From Candidatus Melainabacteria bacterium (GTDB taxonomy: Bacteria > Cyanobacteriota > Vampirovibrionia > Obscuribacterales > JAKAZS01), in the NCBI GenBank assembly GCA_027371815.1, contig DAHXLC010000078.1, positions 1 to 37,894 of the forward strand: a stretch of 37,894 nt of DNA, written 5' to 3'. The notes under the pieces were generated by a model. It ran no database searches, was not told where the DNA came from, and saw only the letters and a list, made by a program, of their open reading frames with translations. Below are positions 8,713 through 20,763 of the stretch, one piece after another (position 1 is the stretch's first letter; each line of letters opens with the position of its first letter). The position numbers and the translations under genes are program-made.

Positions 8713-10851
8713 ATGCAAAATGAAGCACTTATTAGTATCTTAATTGTTGACGACCAAGAAGAAAACCTCTTAGCGTTAGAATCAGTTTTAACAGCACTCA
8801 ATATCAACATCGTAAAGGCCAGTTCTGGTAAAGAAGCACTAAGAAAACTACTTAACCAGGATTTTGCCTTAATTATCATGGATGTACGCATGCCAGAAAT
8901 TGATGGGATTGAAACGGCAAAATTAATTCGCCAACGGGAAAAAACCAAATTCATCCCTATCATTTTTTTAACCGCTAGCTATGCAGCCAATAATGATTTA
9001 CTAACACAAGAAGCTTATAAATTGGGAGCCATCGACTATATTAACAAACCATTTATTCCAGAAATTTTAAAAGCCAAAACCCAGGTGTTTATTGAACTTT
9101 ACCGGCAAACTGAAAATAATCGCAAACAATCACTGTTAATCAGTGAATTCAAAGCCCGTGAATATGAAAACCGCATTAATGAAGCTAAACAACAGGCTGA
9201 AACAGAAACCAATAAAATCCGGCAGGAATTATTAAGACAAGAAATTGAAGCCAATATTCTTGAAGAAAAAAATCGTAAAATAGCTACTGCCAATAAACTC
9301 AAAAGCGAATTTCTGGCTAATATGAGCCATGAAATCCGCACCCCAATGAATGGTATTATTGGACTTACCGATTTGTTGCTTAATTCTAATCTAGATACAG
9401 AACAAAGTGAATGTCTTAATTTAATCAAAGAATCAGCTGAAGCCTTACTGGATATTATAAATGATGTCTTAGACTTAGCTAAAATCGAATCAGGCAAACT
9501 TAGCCTAAATGAAATCAATTTTAATTTAGTCAAATTAATTGAAAGCAGTATGGATATTCTTGCTAATAACGCCAGAGCCAAAAACATCAGTTTACTTAGC
9601 TCCATAACACCCAATACCCCTCTAATACTTAAAGGCGACTTTGGTCGTTTACGCCAGGTTTTAATTAATTTAATTGGCAATGCCATTAAATTTACTAATG
9701 AAGGAGAAGTTATCATTAATGTAACTAACATTAATGATAGCAATCCCGAAAAGCCCATTTTACGCTTTTCAATAACTGATACCGGTATTGGTTTTACCCA
9801 AGAGGATTTACCAAAAATTTTCACCCCTTTTACCCAATTTAATCACCAAAATGAAACTAGCCACAGTGGTAGTGGACTTGGTTTGTCAATTTGCAAAAGA
9901 ATAATTGAACTAATGGGTGGCAAAATTGGTATTGAAAATAATGAAAATCGTGGTTCTACTTTCTGGTTTGAAATTATGCTAAAATTAGCCAATTCAGACC
10001 CCTCTAATGAACTGCCGAGAATTGAACAACTGAATCAAAGTGATATTTTAGGAAAAAAAATATTACTTATTTCCCATAATAAAAACTTAAATAAAGTGAT
10101 AAACAATAATCTTAAGTCCTGGGGATTTACCAATTTTACGGTTACCGATATACCTGAAGCAATCCAATTTCTTACCAATCCACTTAACCTCAACATCGAT
10201 TTAATTCTGTTGGACAACACTTTTACAGTTCAAGATAATCAATCAGAAATTTGCCAAGAAATTGAATTTCTTAATCAGAAGGCTAAACTTATAATTTTAA
10301 CTAATAGCAAATTAGAAAGTATTCACAATGATGACAAGAAAATAATCCTCCAAAAACCAATTCGTTCATCTAAACTTTATGATAATATCCTAAATTTACT
10401 TACTCCCAGTTCGACTACACAACCACTACCTAAAACGGCGTTGCCCAAAGACAAAATCACTCATGGTGGAAAAATATTACTAGCTGAGGATAATTTAGTA
10501 AATCAAAAAGTCGCCTTACTCCAATTAGAAAAACTAGGCTACCAAGTTGATGTTGCCTTTAATGGCCAAGAAGTCTTAGCCGCCATCAATAACAACCATT
10601 ACGATTTAATCTTAATGGACTGTCAAATGCCAGAAACAGACGGATTTGAAGCCACAAGACAAATTCGAAATTCAAATAACCCTAACCTTAAAAATATAAA
10701 AATTATTGGTTTAACAGCTCAAGCGATGGATGGCGATCGGCAGCGTTGCCTTTTAGCCGGAATGGACGATTACCTAAGTAAGCCAGCAACAATGGAAAGG
10801 CTTAAAGAAACTATTGAAAAATGGGTTTTACCAAATTTAGAAACAAATTGA
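8713..10851 (+). CDS. Hybrid sensor histidine kinase / response regulator (REC, coiled coil, HisKA, HATPase_c, degenerate REC, REC)
   Basis: The N-terminal receiver is [10 protein letters not shown]...[12 protein letters not shown]. The H-box is [17 protein letters not shown]1 and G2 boxes are present ([26 protein letters not shown]). The C-terminal receiver is [11 protein letters not shown]...[12 protein letters not shown]...KP. Confidence 0.9.
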   Translation: MQNEALISILIVDDQEENLLALESVLTALNINIVKASSGKEALRKLLNQDFALIIMDVRMPEIDGIETAKLIRQREKTKFIPIIFLTASYAANNDLLTQEAYKLGAIDYINKPFIPEILKAKTQVFIELYRQTENNRKQSLLISEFKAREYENRINEAKQQAETETNKIRQELLRQEIEANILEEKNRKIATANKLKSEFLANMSHEIRTPMNGIIGLTDLLLNSNLDTEQSECLNLIKESAEALLDIINDVLDLAKIESGKLSLNEINFNLVKLIESSMDILANNARAKNISLLSSITPNTPLILKGDFGRLRQVLINLIGNAIKFTNEGEVIINVTNINDSNPEKPILRFSITDTGIGFTQEDLPKIFTPFTQFNHQNETSHSGSGLGLSICKRIIELMGGKIGIENNENRGSTFWFEIMLKLANSDPSNELPRIEQLNQSDILGKKILLISHNKNLNKVINNNLKSWGFTNFTVTDIPEAIQFLTNPLNLNIDLILLDNTFTVQDNQSEICQEIEFLNQKAKLIILTNSKLESIHNDDKKIILQKPIRSSKLYDNILNLLTPSSTTQPLPKTALPKDKITHGGKILLAEDNLVNQKVALLQLEKLGYQVDVAFNGQEVLAAINNNHYDLILMDCQMPETDGFEATRQIRNSNNPNLKNIKIIGLTAQAMDGDRQRCLLAGMDDYLSKPATMERLKETIEKWVLPNLETN

Positions 10852-10885
10852 TTAAAAACATTCAAACAGTCAATAACATTTTTGT

Positions 10886-13800
10886 TTAGGTTATGCTGGG
10901 GATTTTATTATACAGCCAAACGCGTAAAAGTGATAACAATAATTCAATATCTACAGGCTTGGCGATATAATCACTAGCACCAGCATCAAGGCATTTTTCC
11001 TTATCTCCTTTCATGGCCTTGGCTGTTAAAGCAATTATGGGCAAATCGTGAAACTTTTCCAATTCACGAATTTTTTTAATGGTTTTATAACCATCCAATT
11101 CCGGCATCATAATATCCATTAGGACAATGTCAATATTTTCCTGATTCCTTAATATTTCAATACCACTATAACCATTTTCAGCACTTAAAATATTCATGTG
11201 ATATTTTTCTAAAATAGCCGTTATGGCATAAATATTACGAATATCATCATCAACAATGAGAATCGTTTTATTACTTAAAATCGGATCAGCTTTCTTGGAT
11301 TCTTCAAGCATTTGTCGATTTACATTAGGCAGACTAGCTTCAGCCTTATGCAAAAATAAAGCAGTTAAATCTAATAGATACTCTTTTGACTTGGCTAATT
11401 TTAAGATTATTTTATCAGTGTATTTAGCAGCTAAATCTTCTAATTCATTTTCATTAAGAATCATAGCCCCAAGATCAAAGCCAGCAATAATAATTATTAA
11501 CTTGTCAATTTTTTCGTTGTTATGTATTGCTTCGAGTAATTTTATAAATTCATCAACTTCTAATTGCCTAGCTAAAATTAATATATTAATAAATTTAGCT
11601 ACGGCAACATTAACTATTTCATCAGGATTTTCAACAAAAAACATTTCACTGCCCAAACATTCTAAAAGTTCTTTGTACTCTTCATTATGCTCATTATTGG
11701 TATAAAATAAAATACTGGTACTATTCTGTTCAATAGCTTGTTTTAATTTTAAGATAATCTCCTGGATCTGATCTAATGTAGTGGGTTTTTGCATAAGTCC
11801 TAAAGCACCATAGGATAAAACTCGGCGTTTTTTGGCTTGCGAAGAAATTATATAAATTGGCAAATGCCTACTTATAAATTTATGCTTTAACTGATCAAAT
11901 AAAGCCCAACCATCAGCCAGACTAATATCAGTATCAAGAATTATTCCCTTTATAGCAAATTTGTCCAAAAGTTTAAATACATTGTCTGTTGGATTTACTA
12001 CAATACTTTTAAGACCACTCTCATGCAGGACTTTTAAAAACATGCTAGCATAACTTAAATCATCTTCTATTAAAAGAATAAGCTGATCATTTTCTAATAA
12101 ATTCAAGCGATCATCTTTAATCAAATCATTTTTCAATAAGGTCTGAGAAGACATTTCTAAATTTAATTTTGGGATAATTGATGGTTCTGGTAATTTTCCT
12201 AACAAGGTCAAACTGTCATTGACACTATGCCCCGTAAATACTCTGGGCAAATACAAGGTAAACACCGAGCCTTCCTGAATTTTACTATACAAATGAATTT
12301 CACCACCTAAAATCCTGGCAATTTCACGGCTGATGGGTAGACCTAAACCAGTGCCACCATATTTACGATTAGTACTACCATCAGCTTGCTGAAAAGCTTC
12401 GAAAATCAGCCCATGCTTATCTTTAGGTATACCAATACCTGTATCAATTACCCTAAACGCCAGAATATGTTCCTGATTCAGTAATGCAGGTGACTGTAAA
12501 TTTAAATTTTTACTACTAATTTGCTCTAGCTGTAAAGTCACACTGCCTCTTTCAGTAAATTTAAAGGCATTAGAAAGCAGGTTTTTAATTATCTGCATTA
12601 ATCTTTTACTATCCGTAAAAATTGTTTTAGGTAAAATGTTTTTCATACTAACAACAAATGCTAGTTTTTTGTCATTAGCTATTTCACTAAAATTGCGTTC
12701 AGCATACTGCAACAAATCTTCTAAATTAACTTCACTGATTTCTAAAGACATAGTTCCTGATTCGATTTTTGAAAGATCTAAGATGTCATTAATTAAAGCC
12801 AATAACTCAGAACCTGCATTATAAATCGTTCGCGCAAAATCAATTTGTTTTGCCGTTAAATTACCTTCCATATTATCAGCTAACATTTGCGATAATATTA
12901 ACAGTGAATTAAGTGGCGTTCTTAATTCATGAGACATATTAGCTAAAAATTCTGATTTGTATTTAGAAGCTAAAGATAATTGCTCAGCTTTTTCAAGCAT
13001 CGACAATCGCGCCTGTTCAATTTCTCGATTTTTGGTCTCAACCTCACTATTTTGAACACCTAGCAATCTGGCTTTTTCTTCTAAATCTTCATTAGTCGTT
13101 CTAAGTTCTTCTTGTTGCTGATATAGTCTTTCTTCACTAGCTTGTAAATTTAAAGCCTGTTGTTCAAGCCGTTTATTTGTTTCGGTTAATTCTTGCTGTT
13201 GTTGCTGTAATTCACGAGCTAACGACTGTGACTGAATTAATAAATTTTCCGTACGCATATTAGCTTCAATAGTATTAATAACGATACCAATGCCTTCGGT
13301 TAACTGATCCAGAAAAGCTAAATGAATATCACTAAATATATTCAACGAAGCCAATTCAATAATAGCTCTAATTTCACCTTCAAACAATACTGGTAAGACA
13401 ACTAAATTTACCGGCCGCGCTTCACCTAAACCAGAACTGATTTTAATATAGTCATCAGGAATTTCTAGCAAAAGTATGCGTTGCTTTTCTACTGCACATT
13501 GACCAATAATTCCTTCACGAAGTCCATAGCGATCCGATAAATGACGGCGACGTTGATAGGCATAACTACCCAGTAGTCTTAACTCGGGTTCACCTAAATC
13601 ATTTTCTTCTTTAATATAAAATACACCTAATTGAGCCTCAACCAAAGGTGCTAGTTCAGCTAAAACTAGATTTGCTACAGTTAAAAGATCGCGTTGGCCT
13701 TGAAGCATTTTGGTAAATTTAGCCAGGTTGGTTTTTAACCAATCTTGTTCGGTATTTTTCTGTGTAGTGTCTTTTAAATTGCGAATCATTTCATTAATAT

Positions 13801-16489
13801 TATCTTTAAGTAAAGCCACTTCCCCACTAGCTTTAACCGAAATAGATCGAGTAAGATCACCTTTAGTAACAGCCGTAGACACTTCCGAAATAGCACGTAC
13901 CTGCGTCGTCAAATTAGCCGCTAGTTGATTAACGTTATCGGTAAGATCCTTCCAGGTTCCGCTTGCTCCAGGAACTCTAGCCTGTCCACCCAAAACACCT
14001 TCAACGCCTACTTCACGAGCTACGGTCGTAACTTGTTCTGCAAACGTAGCCAAATTGTCAATCATTTCATTAATAATATCTGCTAATTCAGCTATTTCAC
14101 CCCGAGCAGTTAAAACCAATTTACGCTTTAAATTACCACTAGCTACAGCTGATACAACAACAGCAATACCACGCACTTGTTCGGTTAAATTGCTGGCCAT
14201 AACATTTACCGAATCGGTCAGATCTTTCCAGGTGCCTGATACTCCTTTTACATAAGCCTGACCACCTAGTTTACCTTCAGTACCTACTTCTCGAGCCACA
14301 CGGGTGACTTCACTAGCAAATGAACTTAATTGATCCACCATGGTATTTATGGTATTTTTTAATTCTAAGATTTCCCCTTTAACATCGACGGTAATAGTTT
14401 TTGAAAGATCACCAGTAGCTACAGCTGTTGTGACATCAGCAATATTACGCACCTGATTAGTTAAATTGCTGGCCATATAATTTACTGAGTCGGTGAGATC
14501 TTTCCAGGTTCCGGATACTCCTTTTACATAAGCCTGACCACCTAATTTCCCTTCAGTACCGACTTCTCTAGCTACACGCGTAACTTCATTAGAAAATGAA
14601 CCTAACTGATCTACCATGGTATTAATCGTGTTTTTTAATTCTAAGATTTCCCCTTTAACATCGACGGTAATTTTTTTAGAAAGATCGCCACTAGCTACAG
14701 CTGTTGTCACATCAGCAATATTACGCACCTGATTAGTTAAATTACTAGCCATTGAGTTTACTGAATCAGTAAGATCTTTCCAGGTTCCGGATACCCCTTT
14801 TACATCAGCCTGACCACCAAGCTTACCTTCAGTACCGACTTCTCTGGCTACACGAGTTACTTCACTGGAAAATGAACTTAATTGATCCACCATTGTATTT
14901 ATCGTATTTTTTAATTCTAAGATTTCCCCTTTAACATCAACCGTGATTTTCCGGGAAAGATCCCCTGTAGCTACAGCAGTTGTGACATCAGCTAAACCAC
15001 GCACCTGCTCAGTTAAATTACTAGCCATCGAATTTACTGAGTCTGTAAGATCCTTCCAAGTGCCAGATACTCCTTTTACATCAGCCTGACCACCTAATTT
15101 TCCTTCACTGCCAACTTCTCGAGCTACACGGGTAACTTCACTAGCAAATGAACCTAACTGATCTACCATCGTATTTATCGTGTTTTTTAACTCTAAGATT
15201 TCCCCTTTAACATCGACACTAATTTTTTTAGAAAGATCGCCTGTAGCTACAGCAGTAGTGACATCAGCTATACCACGCACTTGTTCGGTTAAGTTACTGG
15301 CCATCGAATTTACTGAGTCCGTAAGATCTTTCCAGGTTCCCGATACCCCTTTAACATAAGCCTGTCCACCAAGTTTACCTTCAGTTCCTACTTCTCGAGC
15401 CACACGGGTTACTTCACTAGCAAATGAACTTAACTGATCCACCATGGTATTTATGGTATTTTTTAATTCTAAGATTTCGCCTTTAACATCTACGGTAATA
15501 GTTTTCGAAAGATCGCCAGTAGCTACAGCTGTGGTAACACTAGCTATATTACGCACCTGACTGGTAAGATTACTGGCCATGGAATTTACTGAATCAGTAA
15601 GATCCTTCCATGTCCCCGATATTCCTTTAACATAAGCCTGTCCACCAAGTTTACCTTCTGTACCCACTTCTCGAGCCACACGAGTTACTTCACTAGAAAA
15701 AGAACTTAACTGATCCACCATCGTATTTATGGTATTTTTTAATTCTAAAATTTCGCCACGCACATCTACGGTAATTTTTTTAGAAAGATCACCAGTAGCT
15801 ACAGCAGTGGTCACATCTGCAATATTACGTACTTGATTGGTTAAATTGCTGGCCATCGAATTTACCGAATCGGTAAGATCCTTCCATGTTCCTGATACAC
15901 CTTTTACATAGGCTTGACCTCCTAGTTTACCTTCAGTGCCAACTTCTCGAGCCACACGAGTTACTTCACTAGCAAAAGAACCTAATTGATCAACCATTAT
16001 ATTTATGGTTTTAGCTAATTTTAAAAATTCACCTTTTAATTGAAAGCCTTCTATTTCTAAAGGCATGGTTTGTGACAAATCACCTTTAGCTACGGCACCT
16101 ATAACCCTTGCCACTTCAGTAGTCGGTCGCACTAAGTCACCAACCATTGAATTTACATAATTAACACAATTGGCCCACGATCCTGGTGCATTAGTCAAAG
16201 TTGCTCTTTGGGTAATTTTACCTTCCTTGCCAACTTGATGACTTAAACGCGCCAACTCATGCTCTAAATCATTACTTAATTCACAAGCCTGATTAAACGC
16301 TATAGCAATTTCACCAGCAATGCCAATTTGATCTAGTGGTAACCTTTGCGTAAAATCACCTTTAGCATAAGCTCTTAAGGCTTTAAGCAATTCTTTGGCA
16401 TCCAAATCAACATTGCTATCAATTGTAGTTTTAACAGCTTTATTACTACTAGTTACTTTACGAGCCTTGGTTGTTTGTGAATTTGGCAT
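10886..16489 (-). CDS. Giant soluble hybrid histidine kinase: poly-HAMP array, GAF, long coiled coil, HisKA, HATPase_c, REC, degenerate REC, REC
   Basis: 1867-aa ORF with a GAGG SD 7 nt upstream of the ATG and no N-terminal TM segment. It has nine consecutive 92-aa di-HAMP-like units. A GAF-like segment follows ([19 protein letters not shown]...[10 protein letters not shown]). A Gln/Glu-rich coiled coil comes next. The H-box is [15 protein letters not shown], with [16 protein letters not shown] and [10 protein letters not shown]. The terminal receiver is [10 protein letters not shown]...[12 protein letters not shown]...KP. Confidence 0.95.
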   Translation of the reverse strand: MPNSQTTKARKVTSSNKAVKTTIDSNVDLDAKELLKALRAYAKGDFTQRLPLDQIGIAGEIAIAFNQACELSNDLEHELARLSHQVGKEGKITQRATLTNAPGSWANCVNYVNSMVGDLVRPTTEVARVIGAVAKGDLSQTMPLEIEGFQLKGEFLKLAKTINIMVDQLGSFASEVTRVAREVGTEGKLGGQAYVKGVSGTWKDLTDSVNSMASNLTNQVRNIADVTTAVATGDLSKKITVDVRGEILELKNTINTMVDQLSSFSSEVTRVAREVGTEGKLGGQAYVKGISGTWKDLTDSVNSMASNLTSQVRNIASVTTAVATGDLSKTITVDVKGEILELKNTINTMVDQLSSFASEVTRVAREVGTEGKLGGQAYVKGVSGTWKDLTDSVNSMASNLTEQVRGIADVTTAVATGDLSKKISVDVKGEILELKNTINTMVDQLGSFASEVTRVAREVGSEGKLGGQADVKGVSGTWKDLTDSVNSMASNLTEQVRGLADVTTAVATGDLSRKITVDVKGEILELKNTINTMVDQLSSFSSEVTRVAREVGTEGKLGGQADVKGVSGTWKDLTDSVNSMASNLTNQVRNIADVTTAVASGDLSKKITVDVKGEILELKNTINTMVDQLGSFSNEVTRVAREVGTEGKLGGQAYVKGVSGTWKDLTDSVNYMASNLTNQVRNIADVTTAVATGDLSKTITVDVKGEILELKNTINTMVDQLSSFASEVTRVAREVGTEGKLGGQAYVKGVSGTWKDLTDSVNVMASNLTEQVRGIAVVVSAVASGNLKRKLVLTARGEIAELADIINEMIDNLATFAEQVTTVAREVGVEGVLGGQARVPGASGTWKDLTDNVNQLAANLTTQVRAISEVSTAVTKGDLTRSISVKASGEVALLKDNINEMIRNLKDTTQKNTEQDWLKTNLAKFTKMLQGQRDLLTVANLVLAELAPLVEAQLGVFYIKEENDLGEPELRLLGSYAYQRRRHLSDRYGLREGIIGQCAVEKQRILLLEIPDDYIKISSGLGEARPVNLVVLPVLFEGEIRAIIELASLNIFSDIHLAFLDQLTEGIGIVINTIEANMRTENLLIQSQSLARELQQQQQELTETNKRLEQQALNLQASEERLYQQQEELRTTNEDLEEKARLLGVQNSEVETKNREIEQARLSMLEKAEQLSLASKYKSEFLANMSHELRTPLNSLLILSQMLADNMEGNLTAKQIDFARTIYNAGSELLALINDILDLSKIESGTMSLEISEVNLEDLLQYAERNFSEIANDKKLAFVVSMKNILPKTIFTDSKRLMQIIKNLLSNAFKFTERGSVTLQLEQISSKNLNLQSPALLNQEHILAFRVIDTGIGIPKDKHGLIFEAFQQADGSTNRKYGGTGLGLPISREIARILGGEIHLYSKIQEGSVFTLYLPRVFTGHSVNDSLTLLGKLPEPSIIPKLNLEMSSQTLLKNDLIKDDRLNLLENDQLILLIEDDLSYASMFLKVLHESGLKSIVVNPTDNVFKLLDKFAIKGIILDTDISLADGWALFDQLKHKFISRHLPIYIISSQAKKRRVLSYGALGLMQKPTTLDQIQEIILKLKQAIEQNSTSILFYTNNEHNEEYKELLECLGSEMFFVENPDEIVNVAVAKFINILILARQLEVDEFIKLLEAIHNNEKIDKLIIIIAGFDLGAMILNENELEDLAAKYTDKIILKLAKSKEYLLDLTALFLHKAEASLPNVNRQMLEESKKADPILSNKTILIVDDDIRNIYAITAILEKYHMNILSAENGYSGIEILRNQENIDIVLMDIMMPELDGYKTIKKIRELEKFHDLPIIALTAKAMKGDKEKCLDAGASDYIAKPVDIELLLSLLRVWLYNKIPSIT
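13778..16399. repeat. In-frame 276-bp (92-aa) tandem repeat array encoding HAMP pairs; the near-identical core is about 14054..15985
   Basis: The unit is L(G/S)SF(A/S)[87 protein letters not shown]. It is present 6.5 times with only a handful of substitutions; units 1 and 2 differ at 7 of 92 residues. Divergent units flank it on both sides. The coordinates were derived from residue numbers. Confidence 0.95.
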
Positions 16490-16645
16490 AATTTAACCTC
16501 AATAATGTTGACTTATATTTTAAATAACTATATTAGTTTACCTAACAAAATTAACTTTATCGGTTCATAATTAATAATCAGGGGAATTATATACAACCTT
16601 ATTTAATTTTAACGTGTTTAAAAAGTAAAAAATAAAAATTTAATG

Positions 16646-18976
16646 TTACAAAATTTTCCTTTCTTTACGACTAATTTTTTTTACTAACATATTAGAATTA
16701 TCAATTACAATTCTAACTTTACCAGGATTAGATATAACAATTGTTTTAGCATAACCAACAGGGTTTCTAATAAATTTTAAATTAATTACATTTTTACCTA
16801 TTTGTAAATTATCCAATTCAACTGCATCAAGAAAAGCTGGCAACATCGGGTTATTAATTCTCAAACAATGATTATTAGCATCAGGATTTAAACCCAAACA
16901 TGAAGTTAACATTAGAAATAACGATCCAGCCGCCCAGGCTTGCGGCGAACAAGAAACAGGATATTTAACTGGTGCATCATTTAACTTATAATCAAAACCA
17001 CAAAATAATTCTGGTAATCGTAATTTAGGTTCAGTTAAACAGGCATTATACATTCCGGTAAAAATTTTAACAGCTGCTATTTTATCATTATAATTACAAA
17101 GTCCACTAACAATCAAAGCATTATCATGTGGCCAAACCGATCCATCGTGATAACTCATCGGATTATAGTTTTTCTCACTTTTAGCTAACGTCCTAATACC
17201 CCAACCATTAAACAGATCAGTATCTTGTAATTTACTAATTACGGCTTTAGCTAGTTTGGGACTTAAAATATTCGTCATTAATAACTGACCAGGATTAGAA
17301 GCAATCACCTCACACTGATTACCTTTACCGTCTAAGGCTAAAGCAACAAAACTATTGTCTTTAAAAGCAAAATCAACATTAAAATGTTTTTTCAAATTAC
17401 TTGCTAAAGCAAGCAATTTTTTGTTTAAGTTATATTTATGCATTACCAAAGCCAGTTTAGCTTGACCAACATATGCTTCATACAAATACCCTTGAACTTC
17501 GGCCAAAGAAATAGGCGGCGCAGCCAGTCTACCATTTTTGTACATCACTGAATCAAAAGAATCTTTCCAACCCTGATTAGATAAATGCGCATCCTTAGTG
17601 CGACCATAGCTAAGATATGGTCCAACCGTGCTTTGATCAACTTCCCATGCTAAATATTTTAAGGCGGATTCAATATTTGGATATATTTCATTGATTAAAG
17701 CCAAATCATTAGTATTATTAAAATATCGAGAAATAAGTATAAGATATAATGGCGTAGCATCAATAGTACCATAATAAGGCCCAAACGGTACTTCGCCAAG
17801 TCTAGTCATTTCGCCTAATCTTAATTCATGCATAATTTTACCAGGACATTCCTGGGTCTTTTCATTAAATTTAGTACCTTGATAATGTGATAATAAGAGA
17901 ATAACTTTCTTGGATAATTCATGATTCAAGACTAAAGTTTCTAATGCTAAAATTGCTTCATCCCGTCCAAAACAAGCATTGAACCAAGGGATTCCTGCAG
18001 CAATACCTAAGCCTTTAGGCGTAGGTTCTTGAAGAATAAATATATCTTTAATATTTTGATCAATAATCCGATTAAATTTTTCATTACTGGTTGAAATCTT
18101 AGGCCAATTTTTAAGCCAAATCTGATAATTATGATGAGCTAATTTTAAGGTATCAGTAAAATTATACCTAGCTAAATTTAGCTGTGATTGTTTACTTACA
18201 GCTGAAGGAATAACTGTAACTTCAATTTCTTTTACCTCATGCGGTTTTAAGCTAATTTTAAAAACTGCTTTATGTTTTTCAATAACATCAGGCAGTATAC
18301 TATTAAATAAAATTTGCGTATTAACAATTTTTTTATCTAATGATTCATAAGCTAAAGTTACTTTATGATTTTTTTCACTAATTACTGGTAAATAAACCTG
18401 TCCACGCTTCTGCCTAACACTACCTCTAACTTCAAACATATCAGCAAAATCAGATCCAAAATACAATTCAATTTTGGTATCAATATTGTCAGAATGCAAA
18501 TTCGTAATCGTTAACTTTTCCTTCAAACCATTATAGATGATGACTTGCCTTTCTAAAAGTACAGCTTGTTGAGGTAAATTCTCTGTTTTTGAGTTTGAAG
18601 CAGTAAATTCAGCATAATAACCAACCGCTGTATCATCTTTTAAGTTCACAATCGGCTGACTTTCAAAAAACCAGTCCCAAGCATCTAAATATCGAGTATC
18701 ATTAGCATAAAGGCCATAACCATTATTGTTACGACTGGGGATTCTGCCCGTAGTATCCATAACCAAAAAGACATTTTTATTTTTTAACGTAAGCCTTGTA
18801 TCATTTGGATTAACTGCGGCTAAAGGGATATTTAATTCAGGTTTTTGGTTATCCGGAATTAATTTACTAGAATCAATCGAGGTACTCGTAGCCACTTTAG
18901 CCAAAACACAATTAGCTTGGCTAATTATTAAACCACTTATTAATACTATTAGTTTAATCAAATTACTCTTAAGCAT
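16646..18976 (-). CDS. Amylo-alpha-1,6-glucosidase / glycogen-debranching-enzyme-like (alpha/alpha)6 glycosidase with an N-terminal signal peptide
   Basis: GIPWFNACFGRDEAILALE matches the GDE_C-type WF..FGRD motif. The length and N-terminal beta-rich region fit bacterial GDE-like proteins. I prefer the ATG at 18976 (MLKSNLIKLIVLISGLIISQANCVLAK), which gives a signal-peptide-like N-terminus. Confidence 0.75.
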   Translation of the reverse strand: MLKSNLIKLIVLISGLIISQANCVLAKVATSTSIDSSKLIPDNQKPELNIPLAAVNPNDTRLTLKNKNVFLVMDTTGRIPSRNNNGYGLYANDTRYLDAWDWFFESQPIVNLKDDTAVGYYAEFTASNSKTENLPQQAVLLERQVIIYNGLKEKLTITNLHSDNIDTKIELYFGSDFADMFEVRGSVRQKRGQVYLPVISEKNHKVTLAYESLDKKIVNTQILFNSILPDVIEKHKAVFKISLKPHEVKEIEVTVIPSAVSKQSQLNLARYNFTDTLKLAHHNYQIWLKNWPKISTSNEKFNRIIDQNIKDIFILQEPTPKGLGIAAGIPWFNACFGRDEAILALETLVLNHELSKKVILLLSHYQGTKFNEKTQECPGKIMHELRLGEMTRLGEVPFGPYYGTIDATPLYLILISRYFNNTNDLALINEIYPNIESALKYLAWEVDQSTVGPYLSYGRTKDAHLSNQGWKDSFDSVMYKNGRLAAPPISLAEVQGYLYEAYVGQAKLALVMHKYNLNKKLLALASNLKKHFNVDFAFKDNSFVALALDGKGNQCEVIASNPGQLLMTNILSPKLAKAVISKLQDTDLFNGWGIRTLAKSEKNYNPMSYHDGSVWPHDNALIVSGLCNYNDKIAAVKIFTGMYNACLTEPKLRLPELFCGFDYKLNDAPVKYPVSCSPQAWAAGSLFLMLTSCLGLNPDANNHCLRINNPMLPAFLDAVELDNLQIGKNVINLKFIRNPVGYAKTIVISNPGKVRIVIDNSNMLVKKISRKERKIL

Positions 18977-19172
18977 AATCAAAACCACTTTTATAAGTTA
19001 GACTTAAACATAAGTTATTTTATTCACTAATTTTAAAGCAATAATTAAAATTTTTGAAAAAACTTAATTAAATTTTGACCTTGTCATCATAAATCAACGT
19101 TACAAGTAAAACACATCACGAACAAACTTTTTAACAATTAAACATTATTAAAAATAAATTATGGCAAAAAAA

Positions 19173-20546
19173 TTATCTATAATAAGTTGGTGTAATTAAT
19201 TCACGCATTTCACCAACAACATATAATGATCCACACACACATATCATATGATTAGGACTTGAAGCTAGTGCTGCTTCAAATGCTTCGTTGGTAGTTTCCT
19301 TACAAATTATCATTTCATCACTTAAACCATAGAAGCTTACGACTTCTTTAATAGTTTTAGTGCTAAAGGCTCGAGCATTTTTCGATCTAGTAATAACAAC
19401 ATTTTGTGCTAAATTTGCTAATTCATTCCAAATAGCATGAACGTTTTTATCATTATTAATACCAATAACGAAAGTAAATTGAGTATTAGGATAACAAGAC
19501 TTTAATGTTTGCGCTAAACACCTACTAGAATCTTGATTATGAGCTCCATCAAGAATTACGGTAAACTTCTCCTGATTTGATTTTACATATTCAAGAATCT
19601 CAAATCGGCCTGGTACAGTTGTATTTTTCAATCCGGTATGAATTTGCTCAAGGGTAATTGGTAAACCTTTTTTTTGTAAGGCCACGGCAGCTAAAGCTGC
19701 TGTACAAGCATTAACCTGTTGATGAATACCATTCATCGAAAGCTCAAACTCAAATTCAGGAGCAGCGTCTCGTGGTTTAGTAGGAACAATTTGAAACCGC
19801 TGGCTATTTATATTACTGGCAACTGAAACAATTTTATATTTTTTTCCTAATTCAATAAAGTCAGCACCAACTTCATAACATTTACGGGAAATTACTGTAG
19901 CTACGGCCGAATCTTTTTGAGACGCCAACACGGCGGAACAGTTTTTGGTTATAATACCAGCTTTATTACTAGCAATTTCAGTAATTGTATTACCTAGAAT
20001 TTCGGTATGTTCAAGGCTAATCGGAGTAATTATCGCAATATCTTTACTATTAAAAACATTAGTAGCATCATAACGGCCACCAATTCCAACTTCAATAATC
20101 TGGCAATCAATCTTTGGCACGTAGTTTTTAACCATTTGAAAAAACATTAGTGTTAAAACCCCAAATGTAGATAATGACCTGTCATTTTTAGCCATTTCAA
20201 TATCTAACAAGGGTTTTATTTCACTTAAAGTATCCGCAAATAATTGAGGACTGATTGGCTGTAAATCAATTTGAAACCGCTCTAGATAACTTGACAAATG
20301 CGGGCTAGTAAATAAGGCGGTTTTTAATTTAGCCGTTTTTAAAATATTAGCTAAAAAATGAGCTGTACTTCCTTTACCTTTAGATCCCGTAAGATGAATA
20401 GTGGTTCGGTTAAGCTGAGGATTGTCAAGCTTTTCTAACAATGCCATCATTGAACCTAACGTCATATTAGGCAATCTAGTTTGATGGTTTCCGGTTTCCA
20501 TATCGGGCAAAGTTTGTAAGTATTTCAATGCCTGGTCATAATTCAT
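19173..20546 (-). CDS. folC: Bifunctional folylpolyglutamate synthase / dihydrofolate synthase
   Basis: It has the Mur-ligase P-loop HLTGSKGKGST. FTSPHL, GIGGRYDATN and the 457-aa length are typical of FolC. Confidence 0.9.
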   Translation of the reverse strand: MNYDQALKYLQTLPDMETGNHQTRLPNMTLGSMMALLEKLDNPQLNRTTIHLTGSKGKGSTAHFLANILKTAKLKTALFTSPHLSSYLERFQIDLQPISPQLFADTLSEIKPLLDIEMAKNDRSLSTFGVLTLMFFQMVKNYVPKIDCQIIEVGIGGRYDATNVFNSKDIAIITPISLEHTEILGNTITEIASNKAGIITKNCSAVLASQKDSAVATVISRKCYEVGADFIELGKKYKIVSVASNINSQRFQIVPTKPRDAAPEFEFELSMNGIHQQVNACTAALAAVALQKKGLPITLEQIHTGLKNTTVPGRFEILEYVKSNQEKFTVILDGAHNQDSSRCLAQTLKSCYPNTQFTFVIGINNDKNVHAIWNELANLAQNVVITRSKNARAFSTKTIKEVVSFYGLSDEMIICKETTNEAFEAALASSPNHMICVCGSLYVVGEMRELITPTYYR

Positions 20547-20715
20547 ATTAAATCCTTAAATGTCAATAGCCAATGAGCTTTCCTCATAATATTATTCAAG
20601 AGTATTTATAAAAATACAAACAAAATTTAAAATTTCATCTAAATAAATTTATATTTTACATAATTGTAGTATTTTAAGATCAAGGATTTCTATTATTTCA
20701 TATAGTATAAATAAG

Positions 20716-20750
20716 CAAAAAAATAGAGGCTCGTAATGAACCTCTATTTT
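20716..20750 (-). terminator. Rho-independent terminator downstream of the Gly/Tyr-rich protein gene
   Basis: The minus strand reads gaaaATAGAGGttcattacgagCCTCTATttttttt. This is a 7-bp stem (extendable with A-U pairs), an 11-nt loop and a T7 tract. It starts about 13 nt after the stop at 20764. Confidence 0.65.
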
Positions 20751-20763
20751 CAAAAACTATCTA

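Noticed and set aside
9099-9824. 241-aa antisense ORF inside the 8713..10851 hybrid kinase. Similar antisense or shadow ORFs occur at 3542..3724, 4303..4548, 5761..6054, 7556..7834, 8688..8963, 10035..10220, 11256..11705, 12636..12824, 13710..13928, 14055..14255, 18726..19001, 23247..23492, 28582..28773, 32903..33085, 34504..34728 and 35409..35600.
   Set aside because: Each lies wholly inside, or largely overlaps, a gene whose product has unmistakable family motifs on the other strand or frame. Their translations are Leu/Ser/Ile-rich with no motifs, as expected for chance open frames opposite AT-rich coding DNA.
13778-16399. Regularly spaced DNA repeats that could superficially suggest a CRISPR-like array or a mobile repeat cluster
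   Set aside because: The period is 276 bp with no short unique spacers. The repeats are in frame and translate into HAMP units within one continuous 1867-aa ORF, so this is a coding tandem duplication.
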